Positions 18,055 through 24,814 of a stretch of 26,154 nt of DNA are shown here, piece by piece; within the stretch, counting starts at the first letter, position 1, and the number at the start of each line of letters is the position of its first letter. The position numbers and the translations under genes were made by a program. The DNA is from a virus (taxonomy: Duplodnaviria > Caudoviricetes), in IMG/VR virus record IMGVR_UViG_3300033475_000490, positions 1-26,154 of that record, one strand, 5' to 3'. Below the pieces are notes generated by a model, which saw only the letters and a program-made list of their open reading frames with translations, was not told where the DNA came from and ran no database searches.

Positions 18055-18224
18055 GTAAGAGTCTTGTCGACGTAGCAGAGCGAACGGCAGCCACGTTCGC
18101 ATTCGCATTCCTGTCGGCGTACAGCTTCAGTAACCTGAGCGGCTGGCATGATGCGGCTATCGCAGGAGTGGCAGCGGCTGCGACTGTAGTCAAGTCCTCG
18201 CTGGTGAACTACCTGAGCAAGTAA
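18051..18224 (+). CDS. putative holin, r1t-like (57 aa; not in ORF track)
   Basis: GAGGA RBS; MSKSLVDVAERTAATFAFAFLSAYSFSNLSGWHDAAIAGVAAAATVVKSSLVNYLSK: ERxxxTF motif and two hydrophobic segments. Confidence 0.75.
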   Translation: MSKSLVDVAERTAATFAFAFLSAYSFSNLSGWHDAAIAGVAAAATVVKSSLVNYLSK

Positions 18225-18235
18225 GAGCATGACAA

Positions 18236-18267
18236 AGGGCGGGCCTTCGGGCCCGCCCTCTTTTTTT
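18236..18267 (+). terminator. intrinsic terminator between convergent arms, possibly bidirectional
   Basis: AGGGCGGGCC-TTCG-GGCCCGCCCT followed by C and T7. Confidence 0.9.
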
Positions 18268-18270
18268 GTG

Positions 18271-18522
18271 TCAGGACTCGGGAGAGTCGATAAACTCGTT
18301 CCACGTCGCGTTGGAGACGGCTTCCGCCTGCTGAGCGTCGGCCTCTGCCTGCTTGATGGCCTTCTGGTCCCCGCCGATCAGCTCCGCCTGAAGCCGAGTG
18401 CGGGCCATGGTCTCAGCCTGAGCTGCCTTTTCGTATGCGTCGTACTTCTTTCCCACTCCATGCTCCTCGATCCGAAGGGAGAGGGCTCCATCGGGAGCCC
18501 TCGTTACTACTACCCGCCTCAC
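18271..18522 (-). CDS. hypothetical protein (83 aa)
   Basis: GTGA overlap with thyX stop; ends at the terminator. Confidence 0.7.
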   Translation of the reverse strand: MRRVVVTRAPDGALSLRIEEHGVGKKYDAYEKAAQAETMARTRLQAELIGGDQKAIKQAEADAQQAEAVSNATWNEFIDSPES

Positions 18523-19250
18523 ACCTGATACTCGATATCGTCGAACACGTCCGGGTACAGGGCGTACAGGTTGGCGAAGATCTCCTCCGCTACTTCCTGC
18601 ATTTCAGCGTCGGCGTGAGCCGACCACCTCTTCTTGAGAACGTCTCGCCATGCCCGAAGGTTCCCGGAGACCACAAGCTTGGTCTCCATGCCCGCAGGAA
18701 GGCCGTACCTGGCTGCCTCCCGGGCTTGCTTGCGGCTCCAGCCCTCTCCCCTCAGTCGGGAGACGAACACGGCGTAGCGGCCCTTGTGGGCCTCTGAGAG
18801 AGGCTCTGTCCCACCGCCCGTAGCGGGGGGCAAGACGACGTTCCGATCCTCCATGTCGACGAACCGCTGACTCAGCTCGGAGAAGGAGAGATGCCGATGC
18901 CGGATCAGCTCGTGCGTCAGGTTGCGGCTGACGCCCTCGATGTAGAAGGTGACTGAGACGTGCTCCAGCACAGACTCATGGCCCTGGCTGATGATGTTCT
19001 TGACGTACTTGGAGTTGGTCTCCGTGTCCTCGTTGGGCAGATCGAACGACTCGTAGCACAGTCGACCGGCGAACTCGATCAGGGCCTGTCCGTCCTGCCG
19101 GTCGACAGTCCGGATGACGCCGTCCTTGTGCCCTTCCTTGTAGCGCTTCTCGAACTCGCTGCCCTCGGCCTTGCCGGGCATACGGTGCCGACTGCCCTCC
19201 TGGTAGGGGAACAGGTCGACCTCAGTCTTGCCGATCACAAGAACCTTCAC
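18519..19250 (-). CDS. thyX: flavin-dependent thymidylate synthase
   Basis: [14 protein letters not shown] signature, [21 protein letters not shown]. Confidence 0.95.
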   Translation of the reverse strand: MKVLVIGKTEVDLFPYQEGSRHRMPGKAEGSEFEKRYKEGHKDGVIRTVDRQDGQALIEFAGRLCYESFDLPNEDTETNSKYVKNIISQGHESVLEHVSVTFYIEGVSRNLTHELIRHRHLSFSELSQRFVDMEDRNVVLPPATGGGTEPLSEAHKGRYAVFVSRLRGEGWSRKQAREAARYGLPAGMETKLVVSGNLRAWRDVLKKRWSAHADAEMQEVAEEIFANLYALYPDVFDDIEYQV

Positions 19251-19405
19251 TCTTCCACCTTCTCGATCGTGCCGGGCACCACGTGCAGGCTGAAGTCCTG
19301 ATGCTTGTCGCCGTAGTAGAAGGCGTGCAGATCCAGGTAGTCCTCGTCGGGAAACCTGTCATCCCCGTCCGGGAGCCAGATGATCGCCTCGAACCTGTAC
19401 TTCAC
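19247..19405 (-). CDS. hypothetical protein (52 aa, MKYRFEAIIWLPDG...; not in ORF track)
   Basis: GTG start, GTGA overlap with thyX; fills the gap. Confidence 0.65.
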   Translation of the reverse strand: MKYRFEAIIWLPDGDDRFPDEDYLDLHAFYYGDKHQDFSLHVVPGTIEKVEE

Positions 19406-19426
19406 TTGTTGACCCTGACCATGTTC

Positions 19427-19834
19427 TCAGGCTTCTTCTTGCCCACGGACTACTACCCTTCCGATCCTGTACTTCTCAATTTTGTTGGTGCACTGTTGGC
19501 ACGGCTTGTGGTTCACATAGATTGTGGCCCCCTCCAGGGCCACCTTCCCGAACGCCTCCAGCGCCACCTCAATGGCGTTGTCCTCGGCATGAATGGCGTG
19601 ACATGGGAACTGGTTGTAGTCCGCATCTGGAGGTACCACCGAGTAGTCCATCTGTCCGCGAGGACAGCCGCCGTCGATGCAATGACGCTTACCGGAGGTG
19701 ACCCCATTGTAACCCTGCCCGATCACCTGCTTGTCCTTGACCACCACGGCCCCCACCTGACGGCGGGAGCACGTGGATCGCGCGGACCAGAAGATGGCTA
19801 GGTCGCTGAAGAAGTCATCCCAACCGGGACGCAC
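19427..19834 (-). CDS. dCMP deaminase (135 aa)
   Basis: Start moved to GTG 19834 after GGAG (MRPGWDDFF); STCSRRQVGAVVV, GYNG, HAE and PCQQC zinc motifs. Confidence 0.92.
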   Translation of the reverse strand: MRPGWDDFFSDLAIFWSARSTCSRRQVGAVVVKDKQVIGQGYNGVTSGKRHCIDGGCPRGQMDYSVVPPDADYNQFPCHAIHAEDNAIEVALEAFGKVALEGATIYVNHKPCQQCTNKIEKYRIGRVVVRGQEEA

Positions 19835-20114
19835 TCGGGTACTCCATCCTGATCTTGTTCCAGGCCTCAGGCGTCGGACCCATCTCGCCGAGTGATTCAC
19901 GGCCGATGATCAGGACCGACCAACCCGATGACACCTTGCGCCACGCGTACTCCATGGTCTTGGAGTCGCGGTTGTACTCCTTCTCGCAGGTCTCAATCAT
20001 CGGGAGACCGTCGGCGTTGAACGAGTAAACTCGGCCAATCTTGTGCCGACCCTGCCCGGAGGCGGAGACGATGACGTCTCCGACCTCCACGGTAACGCCG
20101 AGCATGTCCTTCAT
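19815..20114 (-). CDS. hypothetical protein (99 aa, SH3-like/YopX-type N-terminus MKDMLGVTVEVGDVIV)
   Basis: GGAGG RBS; ATG. Confidence 0.75.
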   Translation of the reverse strand: MKDMLGVTVEVGDVIVSASGQGRHKIGRVYSFNADGLPMIETCEKEYNRDSKTMEYAWRKVSSGWSVLIIGRESLGEMGPTPEAWNKIRMEYPSASRLG

Positions 20115-20166
20115 TTGTCATCCTCCGGATGAGGTTAGGGCTTCTCGTCGTAACGGTTCGGCATGG

Positions 20167-20325
20167 TCACTTGCGGTGCTTGCCCTTCCGGCCCTCAACA
20201 GACCCTCGAGCCTTGTTGTTGTTCTGGGCGTACTGCTCGTCGAACTCCCGCGCCTTACGCGCGGGGTCCAGCGTGGGATCAAACGGCTTCTGGTTGTAGT
20301 CCTCGGTCTTCTTGTGCTTAGCCAC
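20167..20325 (-). CDS. hypothetical basic protein (52 aa, MAKHKKTEDY...KGKHRK; not in ORF track)
   Basis: GGAG RBS, GTG start overlapping previous gene end. Confidence 0.65.
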   Translation of the reverse strand: MAKHKKTEDYNQKPFDPTLDPARKAREFDEQYAQNNNKARGSVEGRKGKHRK

Positions 20326-20554
20326 GGTTCAACTCCAGGATGTAGTATTCCTCGTACTGGAGGTACTGCTTGTGGTCCTCCAGTACGAAATTAGTGTCAT
20401 CGGGGTGCAGGTCCACGTCGTAGGCGACAGCGATGTCACGAAGCGCGACCCACGCGTCCTGCTCGGATTCGAAATACTTGCAGTCGACCACTTCGCAGCC
20501 GGTGCTGTTGTCGACGCTGGTCCACTCGTTGACGATGACGAACACAGTGCTCAC
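20318..20554 (-). CDS. hypothetical acidic protein (78 aa)
   Basis: AGGAG RBS; GTG start. Confidence 0.75.
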   Translation of the reverse strand: MSTVFVIVNEWTSVDNSTGCEVVDCKYFESEQDAWVALRDIAVAYDVDLHPDDTNFVLEDHKQYLQYEEYYILELNRG

Positions 20555-20616
20555 TTGTCGAACTCCTGAATGGTGTAGTCCTCGCGGAAGAGCATGCTGT
20601 GAGGCAGATCACTCAC
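20551..20616 (-). CDS. 21-aa micro-ORF (MSDLPHSMLFREDYTIQEFDK)
   Basis: GTGA overlaps with both neighbours; AAGGA upstream. Confidence 0.45.
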   Translation of the reverse strand: MSDLPHSMLFREDYTIQEFDK

Positions 20617-21260
20617 TTCTTGATCCTTCCGAGAAGGTAGTCCTTGCCCCGCTTGAGGTACATGCTGTTCGTGTCCTCGCCGTCCGGCATCCTCATACGG
20701 ACGACCATGGTATTACTCTGGTCGATGTGCTCAGACATCGCGACCCACAGGTCCTTGCCTGCACCGTCTCCGTCTTCAGCCAAGTATACACGACTGAAGT
20801 CTTCCAGCAGGTTGGCCCAGTAGGGCATCCAGTTCTCGGCCCCCGGCACCGCAAGTGCCGGGACACCAATTTGCTGCCAGATCAGGGCATCGATCTCGCC
20901 CTCGGTCACGACGATCCAATCTTCAGCCCAGGCTACGGACTGCACGCCGTACATGTTGACTGGAGATCCCCTGCGCTTCCAGTACTTGGAGTGGTTGGGG
21001 ATCTCCTTGCAGTTGTGGTCCTGCATGCAGCGGAAGTTGAAGTTGACCGGACCCTTGTTGGTCAGGTACGGAATGGCCAGGTATCCAGAGGCTGGCTCAT
21101 GACCCGGAAGGGCGTTGCGGACGACGCCAAGTCCTCTTGTCCTCGCGAACTCCAGACCGATGCCGCGTGCCTCCAGCCATCCTGCCGCGTCTTCCAGATG
21201 CGGACTGTAGGTTTCCCAGGCTCGCTCCAGATATTGCCTCTGCTCTTTCGACAGCTTCAC
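20613..21260 (-). CDS. DNA primase, catalytic TOPRIM part
   Basis: YLAIPY, FNFRC, VVTEGEIDAL, AEDGDGAG, GEDTNS motifs. Confidence 0.9.
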   Translation of the reverse strand: MKLSKEQRQYLERAWETYSPHLEDAAGWLEARGIGLEFARTRGLGVVRNALPGHEPASGYLAIPYLTNKGPVNFNFRCMQDHNCKEIPNHSKYWKRRGSPVNMYGVQSVAWAEDWIVVTEGEIDALIWQQIGVPALAVPGAENWMPYWANLLEDFSRVYLAEDGDGAGKDLWVAMSEHIDQSNTMVVRMRMPDGEDTNSMYLKRGKDYLLGRIKK

Positions 21261-21555
21261 GGTAGGTCAGTCGCTCCCATTGCATCAGAACTTGAACCGC
21301 CGTGCCCTTCGGGCAGTCGGCCGCGTGACAGTTGAAGACCTGCTTTTCCGAGTTGACTGATCCGGAGGCGTCTCGGTCGTTGTGGAACGGACATCGGTAG
21401 GGCTTCCATCCGAGGCCCTCAACCACAGGCTGTCCACCGAATGACTCCAGGACCGGCCCGATGGGGTAGACCGGAAACTCATTCGGAACTTCTCGGGAAC
21501 GGCCTGCTCGCATGCGCTTCAGTTCCCTTCTCTGGGTGACGATGGCATCGGCCAT
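21097..21555 (-). CDS. DNA primase, zinc-binding (CHC2) part; start ATG 21555 or 21513
   Basis: CPFHNDRDASGSV...FNCHAADC motif; 164-nt overlap with the TOPRIM ORF. Confidence 0.85.
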   Translation of the reverse strand: MADAIVTQRRELKRMRAGRSREVPNEFPVYPIGPVLESFGGQPVVEGLGWKPYRCPFHNDRDASGSVNSEKQVFNCHAADCPKGTAVQVLMQWERLTYREAVERAEAISGASLGNLQSASGRRGRMAGGTRHRSGVREDKRTWRRPQRPSGS

Positions 21556-21652
21556 CGTCCTTACCGTGCACCGTACTCGCTGGCTTCATTGAGATGCCGC
21601 AGCGGCAGGCGGGGCCCTGCGGGTTGCCGCCCCTCAGCGGATCACCCGCCAT
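21479..21652 (-). CDS. hypothetical 57-aa protein with CRC...CHRH (not in ORF track)
   Basis: GAAGGGGTG RBS before ATG; MAGDPLRGGNPQGPACRCGISMKPASTVHGKDDGRCHRH...; overlaps primase ZBD start. Confidence 0.45.
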   Translation of the reverse strand: MAGDPLRGGNPQGPACRCGISMKPASTVHGKDDGRCHRHPEKGTEAHASRPFPRSSE

Positions 21653-21785
21653 CTACGTCCACCCCTTCCATTTCGATCAGGTGCAGGGACACGAAACGCG
21701 TCCCCGTTTCGTAGCAGTCACTGTCTTCCAGCGATCCTATGATATAGACCTTGCCATCCAGGATGACCCAACCTCGATCACTCAC
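21642..21785 (-). CDS. hypothetical protein (47 aa, MSDRGWVILDGKVYIIG...; not in ORF track)
   Basis: GTGA overlap with resolvase stop; fills the gap. Confidence 0.6.
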   Translation of the reverse strand: MSDRGWVILDGKVYIIGSLEDSDCYETGTRFVSLHLIEMEGVDVDGG

Positions 21786-22162
21786 CTGGCTTCACCCTTC
21801 CGACCGCCATAGCCTGCTTCCTTCAGCAGATCCTTCAGGGTGTCTACTCGCATGCAGACCACCCACTCTCCGATGTTCGCCTCGCCCTGCCCGTTCATAC
21901 GGAGTACGGCGACGGGGAGGTCAGGCTGTGCCCGCGCCCATTCCTCGTAAGGCATGGACTCTGCGTGCGCCTGCTTCAGCGCAGCCTGAGGATTGAATCC
22001 AGCCCGAGCCTTCAGCTCGAACCAGACTCCTGGCGTTCCCAGGATGTCACGCCCCTGGCGTCCGGCGCCAGTGGGCTCAGCGTAGGGGAAGATGTCCCGA
22101 ACGTACTCAGCAAACACCTTCTGGGTGCGGTAGCCCCGGTGCTTCCGGCTCTGACTCGTCAC
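21782..22162 (-). CDS. Holliday junction resolvase-like PD-(D/E)XK nuclease (126 aa)
   Basis: SRKHRG N-terminus, GRDILG, WFELKAR; GAGGAG RBS. Confidence 0.75.
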   Translation of the reverse strand: MTSQSRKHRGYRTQKVFAEYVRDIFPYAEPTGAGRQGRDILGTPGVWFELKARAGFNPQAALKQAHAESMPYEEWARAQPDLPVAVLRMNGQGEANIGEWVVCMRVDTLKDLLKEAGYGGRKGEAR

Positions 22163-22183
22163 GTTCGTGCTCCTCGGGATTCA

Positions 22184-22276
22184 TCACGTTGCCGTGAATG
22201 TCTGACAGTTCGTACACTTGAGACCGTACTGCCCGCCCTCCCAGGCGGGCACCAGGCACGGCTTGTCACAGCACAT
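22184..22276 (-). CDS. 30-aa Cys-rich micro-ORF (MCCDKPCLVPAWEGGQYGLKCTNCQTFTAT)
   Basis: TGATG overlap with helicase stop; GGGGG upstream; CC...CxxC zinc-ribbon pattern; double stop. Confidence 0.55.
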   Translation of the reverse strand: MCCDKPCLVPAWEGGQYGLKCTNCQTFTAT

Positions 22277-23136
22277 CAGTCCCCCCATTCGTTGATCTTG
22301 TCTTCCTGGTCTACCTGCGGCCCATCCTTGAACAGCAGGGGAACCTCTTGGGGCTGATCCATCTCGTCGATGAGGCAGACTCCAGGCTGCGCGCTCATCT
22401 TGAAATACCTCTTGCCCATCGGATCCTGAGGACCGAAGCGGTTCTTCACTGTCGCCACGTCCAGAGTTCCAGCATGAGCGTCACCCCACAGCGTGAGAAT
22501 GAGAGCCGGAAGCTGGTTGGCCTTACCCATGATGGCAGATCGAGGAGGAGGACTACCCGCCTTGGCCGACTCACTGGTGTGATGAACAATAGTGATAGCT
22601 GTCTCTTGCTCACGGGCCATGTCCTTCAGTTCGGCCATCAGCGCCCAGTAGTTCTGCTCACCCGCACCCTCATAATCGATGTCCATCATGATGTCAATGA
22701 TGGTGTGGTGCGGGTACTCGCCGTGAAGCTCGGCGAACGCCTCGGCCTCTCGCCACATGTGCTCAATGGTCGGAGAGGACCGGAACGACCACCGAACATG
22801 GTCCATGTCCTTGAGCGTCTCATAGGCCAAGTTCTTCTGGGCCATCACCCACAGCTCTGTTTCGTCCGTGGGTGTACCTGTCAGCATGGACAGGGAGCGA
22901 GACGCCATAGTGAAGTCGTCGGAGTCCGATGAATGGTAGAGGGTCGGCACGGCCGACCCCATCCGGCGGACGATGTTGAGAGCCATGACTGTCTTCATCG
23001 ATCCGGGCGGACCGGCGATCATGCTGATGGCTCCTCGCCGGATATGCATCTTGTTCTCTTCGAAGACCGGCCACGGGGATGGCAGGGGTTCGCCTGCACT
23101 TACCCCCCGCTTGACCTGGCGCGCGAGTGTCTTGAT
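22276..23136 (-). CDS. DnaB/RecA-like replicative helicase (286 aa from ATC 23136; 257 aa from ATG 23049)
   Basis: Walker A variant AGPPGSMKT, Walker B TIID, IVHHT, TVKNRFG; upstream in-frame segment IKTLARQVKRGVSAGEPLPSPW lies behind RBS GGGGAG. Confidence 0.85.
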   Translation of the reverse strand: MKTLARQVKRGVSAGEPLPSPWPVFEENKMHIRRGAISMIAGPPGSMKTVMALNIVRRMGSAVPTLYHSSDSDDFTMASRSLSMLTGTPTDETELWVMAQKNLAYETLKDMDHVRWSFRSSPTIEHMWREAEAFAELHGEYPHHTIIDIMMDIDYEGAGEQNYWALMAELKDMAREQETAITIVHHTSESAKAGSPPPRSAIMGKANQLPALILTLWGDAHAGTLDVATVKNRFGPQDPMGKRYFKMSAQPGVCLIDEMDQPQEVPLLFKDGPQVDQEDKINEWGD

Positions 23137-23139
23137 GGC

Positions 23140-23478
23140 TCACTCCCCAATCCGATGGATGCCATACTGATTGGCGTGCTTGCGAGTCTTGCGGTTCGCC
23201 TCGCGCTCACGTCGAATGTTCTCGACTTGAGTCACTGGGTCCAGGTGGCCAGGATTTACGCACACCTTGTTGCGGCATGTGTGATCCAGCACCAGTTCAC
23301 CAGGGTCGCCAACCAGCATCATGTAAGAAGCCTTGTGCGCCAAGATGGACAGACCCTTGTTCTTGCCGCTACCAAACTGGCCGTAACCATTCGGCAGAGT
23401 GGGGCCCGTCCACTCCCAACACTCATCCGTCCAGCCTGTATCAACCCTTGGCCAGAACAGCTCTGCTGCCGTCTTCAC
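23140..23478 (-). CDS. HNH homing endonuclease (112 aa)
   Basis: CWEWTG, GYG, AHKASY, LDHTCRNKVCVNPGHL, ENIR motifs. Confidence 0.9.
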   Translation of the reverse strand: MKTAAELFWPRVDTGWTDECWEWTGPTLPNGYGQFGSGKNKGLSILAHKASYMMLVGDPGELVLDHTCRNKVCVNPGHLDPVTQVENIRREREANRKTRKHANQYGIHRIGE

Positions 23479-23576
23479 TTGCCCCCCTTCGTGTCCTTGA
23501 ACCGCTTCGCCATCTCGTCCAGCTCCTTCTTTTGCTCCTCGGTCAGGCTCGCTTCGCGCATGTCAGAGATTGCCAT
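23475..23576 (-). CDS. 33-aa helical micro-protein (MAISDMREASLTEEQKKELDEMAKRFKDTKGGK; not in ORF track)
   Basis: Perfect TAAGGAGG RBS; GTGA overlap with HNH. Confidence 0.7.
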   Translation of the reverse strand: MAISDMREASLTEEQKKELDEMAKRFKDTKGGK

Positions 23577-23594
23577 GCTCGCCTCCTTAGTGCG

Positions 23595-23676
23595 TGGACC
23601 TGCGGGGATTCGAACCCCGGTGCGTCAGCCCTCCGTATGCCTACGGTTCAAGCCGACGACGAATCCAACCAGGCCC
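23595..23676 (-). ncRNA. miniature tmRNA-like RNA: tRNA-like domain only, alanine identity, no tag ORF
   Basis: GGGCCTG/CAGGTCC-A acceptor with G3.U70 and A73; stemless D-loop GTTGGATTCGT; helix CGTCGGCTT/GGGCTGACG capped by CCGTA-GGCA-TACGG; 3-nt linker; T arm CGGGG-TTCGAAT-CCCCG. Confidence 0.75.
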
Positions 23677-23681
23677 TAACA

Positions 23682-23701
23682 GGCGCCCCCGAAGGGGCGC
23701 C
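23682..23701 (-). terminator. UUCG hairpin between SSB-like gene and the tmRNA-like RNA
   Basis: GGCGCCCC-TTCG-GGGGCGCC followed by TGTTA; weak U-tract. Confidence 0.6.
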
Positions 23702-23707
23702 CTTGGT

Positions 23708-24166
23708 TCAGCTAGCCTTGATGACCTTCACCTCGTGGAACTTCCGGTTACCGTCCCGCCGAAGCAGCTTCTTGCCGACAGTGTCGCCTTCGAGGATCTC
23801 GCCACCCACGGCGATGACCGCCTCCTTGAACCGGTCCCGCTCGTCCTTCGAGCCGAACACCAGGCGGGCCTCTTCACCGACACCCTCCATGTTAGTCCCG
23901 GTCACCTTGATGTGCAGCTCCAGCTGGTGGACCGGATTGAGGCCAGCACGCTCCGCCTCATCCTTGGCAACACCCTTCGGCTTGCCGTCGACCCAGAACT
24001 TCTGAAGACCGGGACGGTTGTTGACAGCGTCCCACTCCTGAACGATGCCCTCCCGGTTGATCAGGGTGATAACGCCCTTCACGAAGTCGCCAGGGTTCTT
24101 GGGGTTGGCAACCTTCGGACCGAAGGAGCCGCCCTTGCCGCCGAACAGATCGTCGAGAGTAGCCAT
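23708..24166 (-). CDS. putative ssDNA-binding / recombination protein (152 aa)
   Basis: Start moved to ATG 24166 (MATLDDLFGG) after AAGGAG and an A/C-rich leader; beta-rich; lies between exonuclease and helicase. Function inferred from context only. Confidence 0.5.
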   Translation of the reverse strand: MATLDDLFGGKGGSFGPKVANPKNPGDFVKGVITLINREGIVQEWDAVNNRPGLQKFWVDGKPKGVAKDEAERAGLNPVHQLELHIKVTGTNMEGVGEEARLVFGSKDERDRFKEAVIAVGGEILEGDTVGKKLLRRDGNRKFHEVKVIKAS

Positions 24167-24219
24167 GTGTTCTGTGTTCTCCTTGTTTTGTTTCGATTGT
24201 TTGCTTGTTGCTGTACGGC

Positions 24220-24654
24220 CTACCAGGCCGCGTCGAGCACAGCCGGGGCCGTAACTCCAGTCTCCCACGGCTTGACCTTGGCGTCAACCGCAGGAGCCTC
24301 CCAGGGGGGAGTCTCTGTGTCGGTGGACTCGACCTCGGTGGTCGGACCCAGCTCGTTCTCAATGACCTGCTTGGCCATCTCGTTGGCCTCGTCCACCGTG
24401 CGAGGCTTCTCGCCAGCAGCCACCCTGTCGGCTGCCGCCTTCGGGTCTCCGGGAGGGCCCTCGACCTTCACGTCGGCCACCACATCGAGTGCAGCGCCCT
24501 GCTTCCACCCCTGAGTGAACAGGTTCAGGTAGACCGCTGTGGCGGCGCCGACTGCGGCGGCGTCTCCCGGGTCGGCGCCCAGCTCCTCGGGATTCAGCCT
24601 GACCTTGACGTTGCCGTACTGCACGGTCGGCAGGGTCATCTCGATCTCAGCCAT
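24220..24654 (-). CDS. hypothetical acidic protein (144 aa; C-terminal PPWE..KPWE..AAW)
   Basis: Start moved to ATG 24654 after GAGGAG. Confidence 0.75.
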   Translation of the reverse strand: MAEIEMTLPTVQYGNVKVRLNPEELGADPGDAAAVGAATAVYLNLFTQGWKQGAALDVVADVKVEGPPGDPKAAADRVAAGEKPRTVDEANEMAKQVIENELGPTTEVESTDTETPPWEAPAVDAKVKPWETGVTAPAVLDAAW

Positions 24655-24814
24655 ACTTGACGATCTCCTCGAACTCGTTGAGGTCTTCACAGATGAGGCA
24701 GATCCACTCTGCCTCATCGCCATCGTAGTACATCTCGTCACCGCCGTGGTCCTCACACTCCGGGTCGCCGGAGTACTTGTTGTTCCAGTAGTCGTCGTCA
24801 GAACGGGATCCCAT
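24647..24814 (-). CDS. 55-aa acidic zinc-ribbon protein (CEDH...CLIC)
   Basis: GAGG RBS, ATG 24814; overlaps both neighbours. Confidence 0.65.
   Translation of the reverse strand: MGSRSDDDYWNNKYSGDPECEDHGGDEMYYDGDEAEWICLICEDLNEFEEIVKYG

Noticed and set aside
19402-19446. 6- or 14-codon ORF (MVRVNK / MGKKKPENMVRVNK) coupled to the 52-aa gene
   Set aside because: Too short with a weak RBS; cannot be told from chance.
23595-23676. Ordinary tRNA-Ala(GGC), since GGC lies in the hairpin loop
   Set aside because: Loop is 4 nt without U33, there is no D stem, and the helix arrangement matches the tmRNA tRNA-like domain rather than a cloverleaf.
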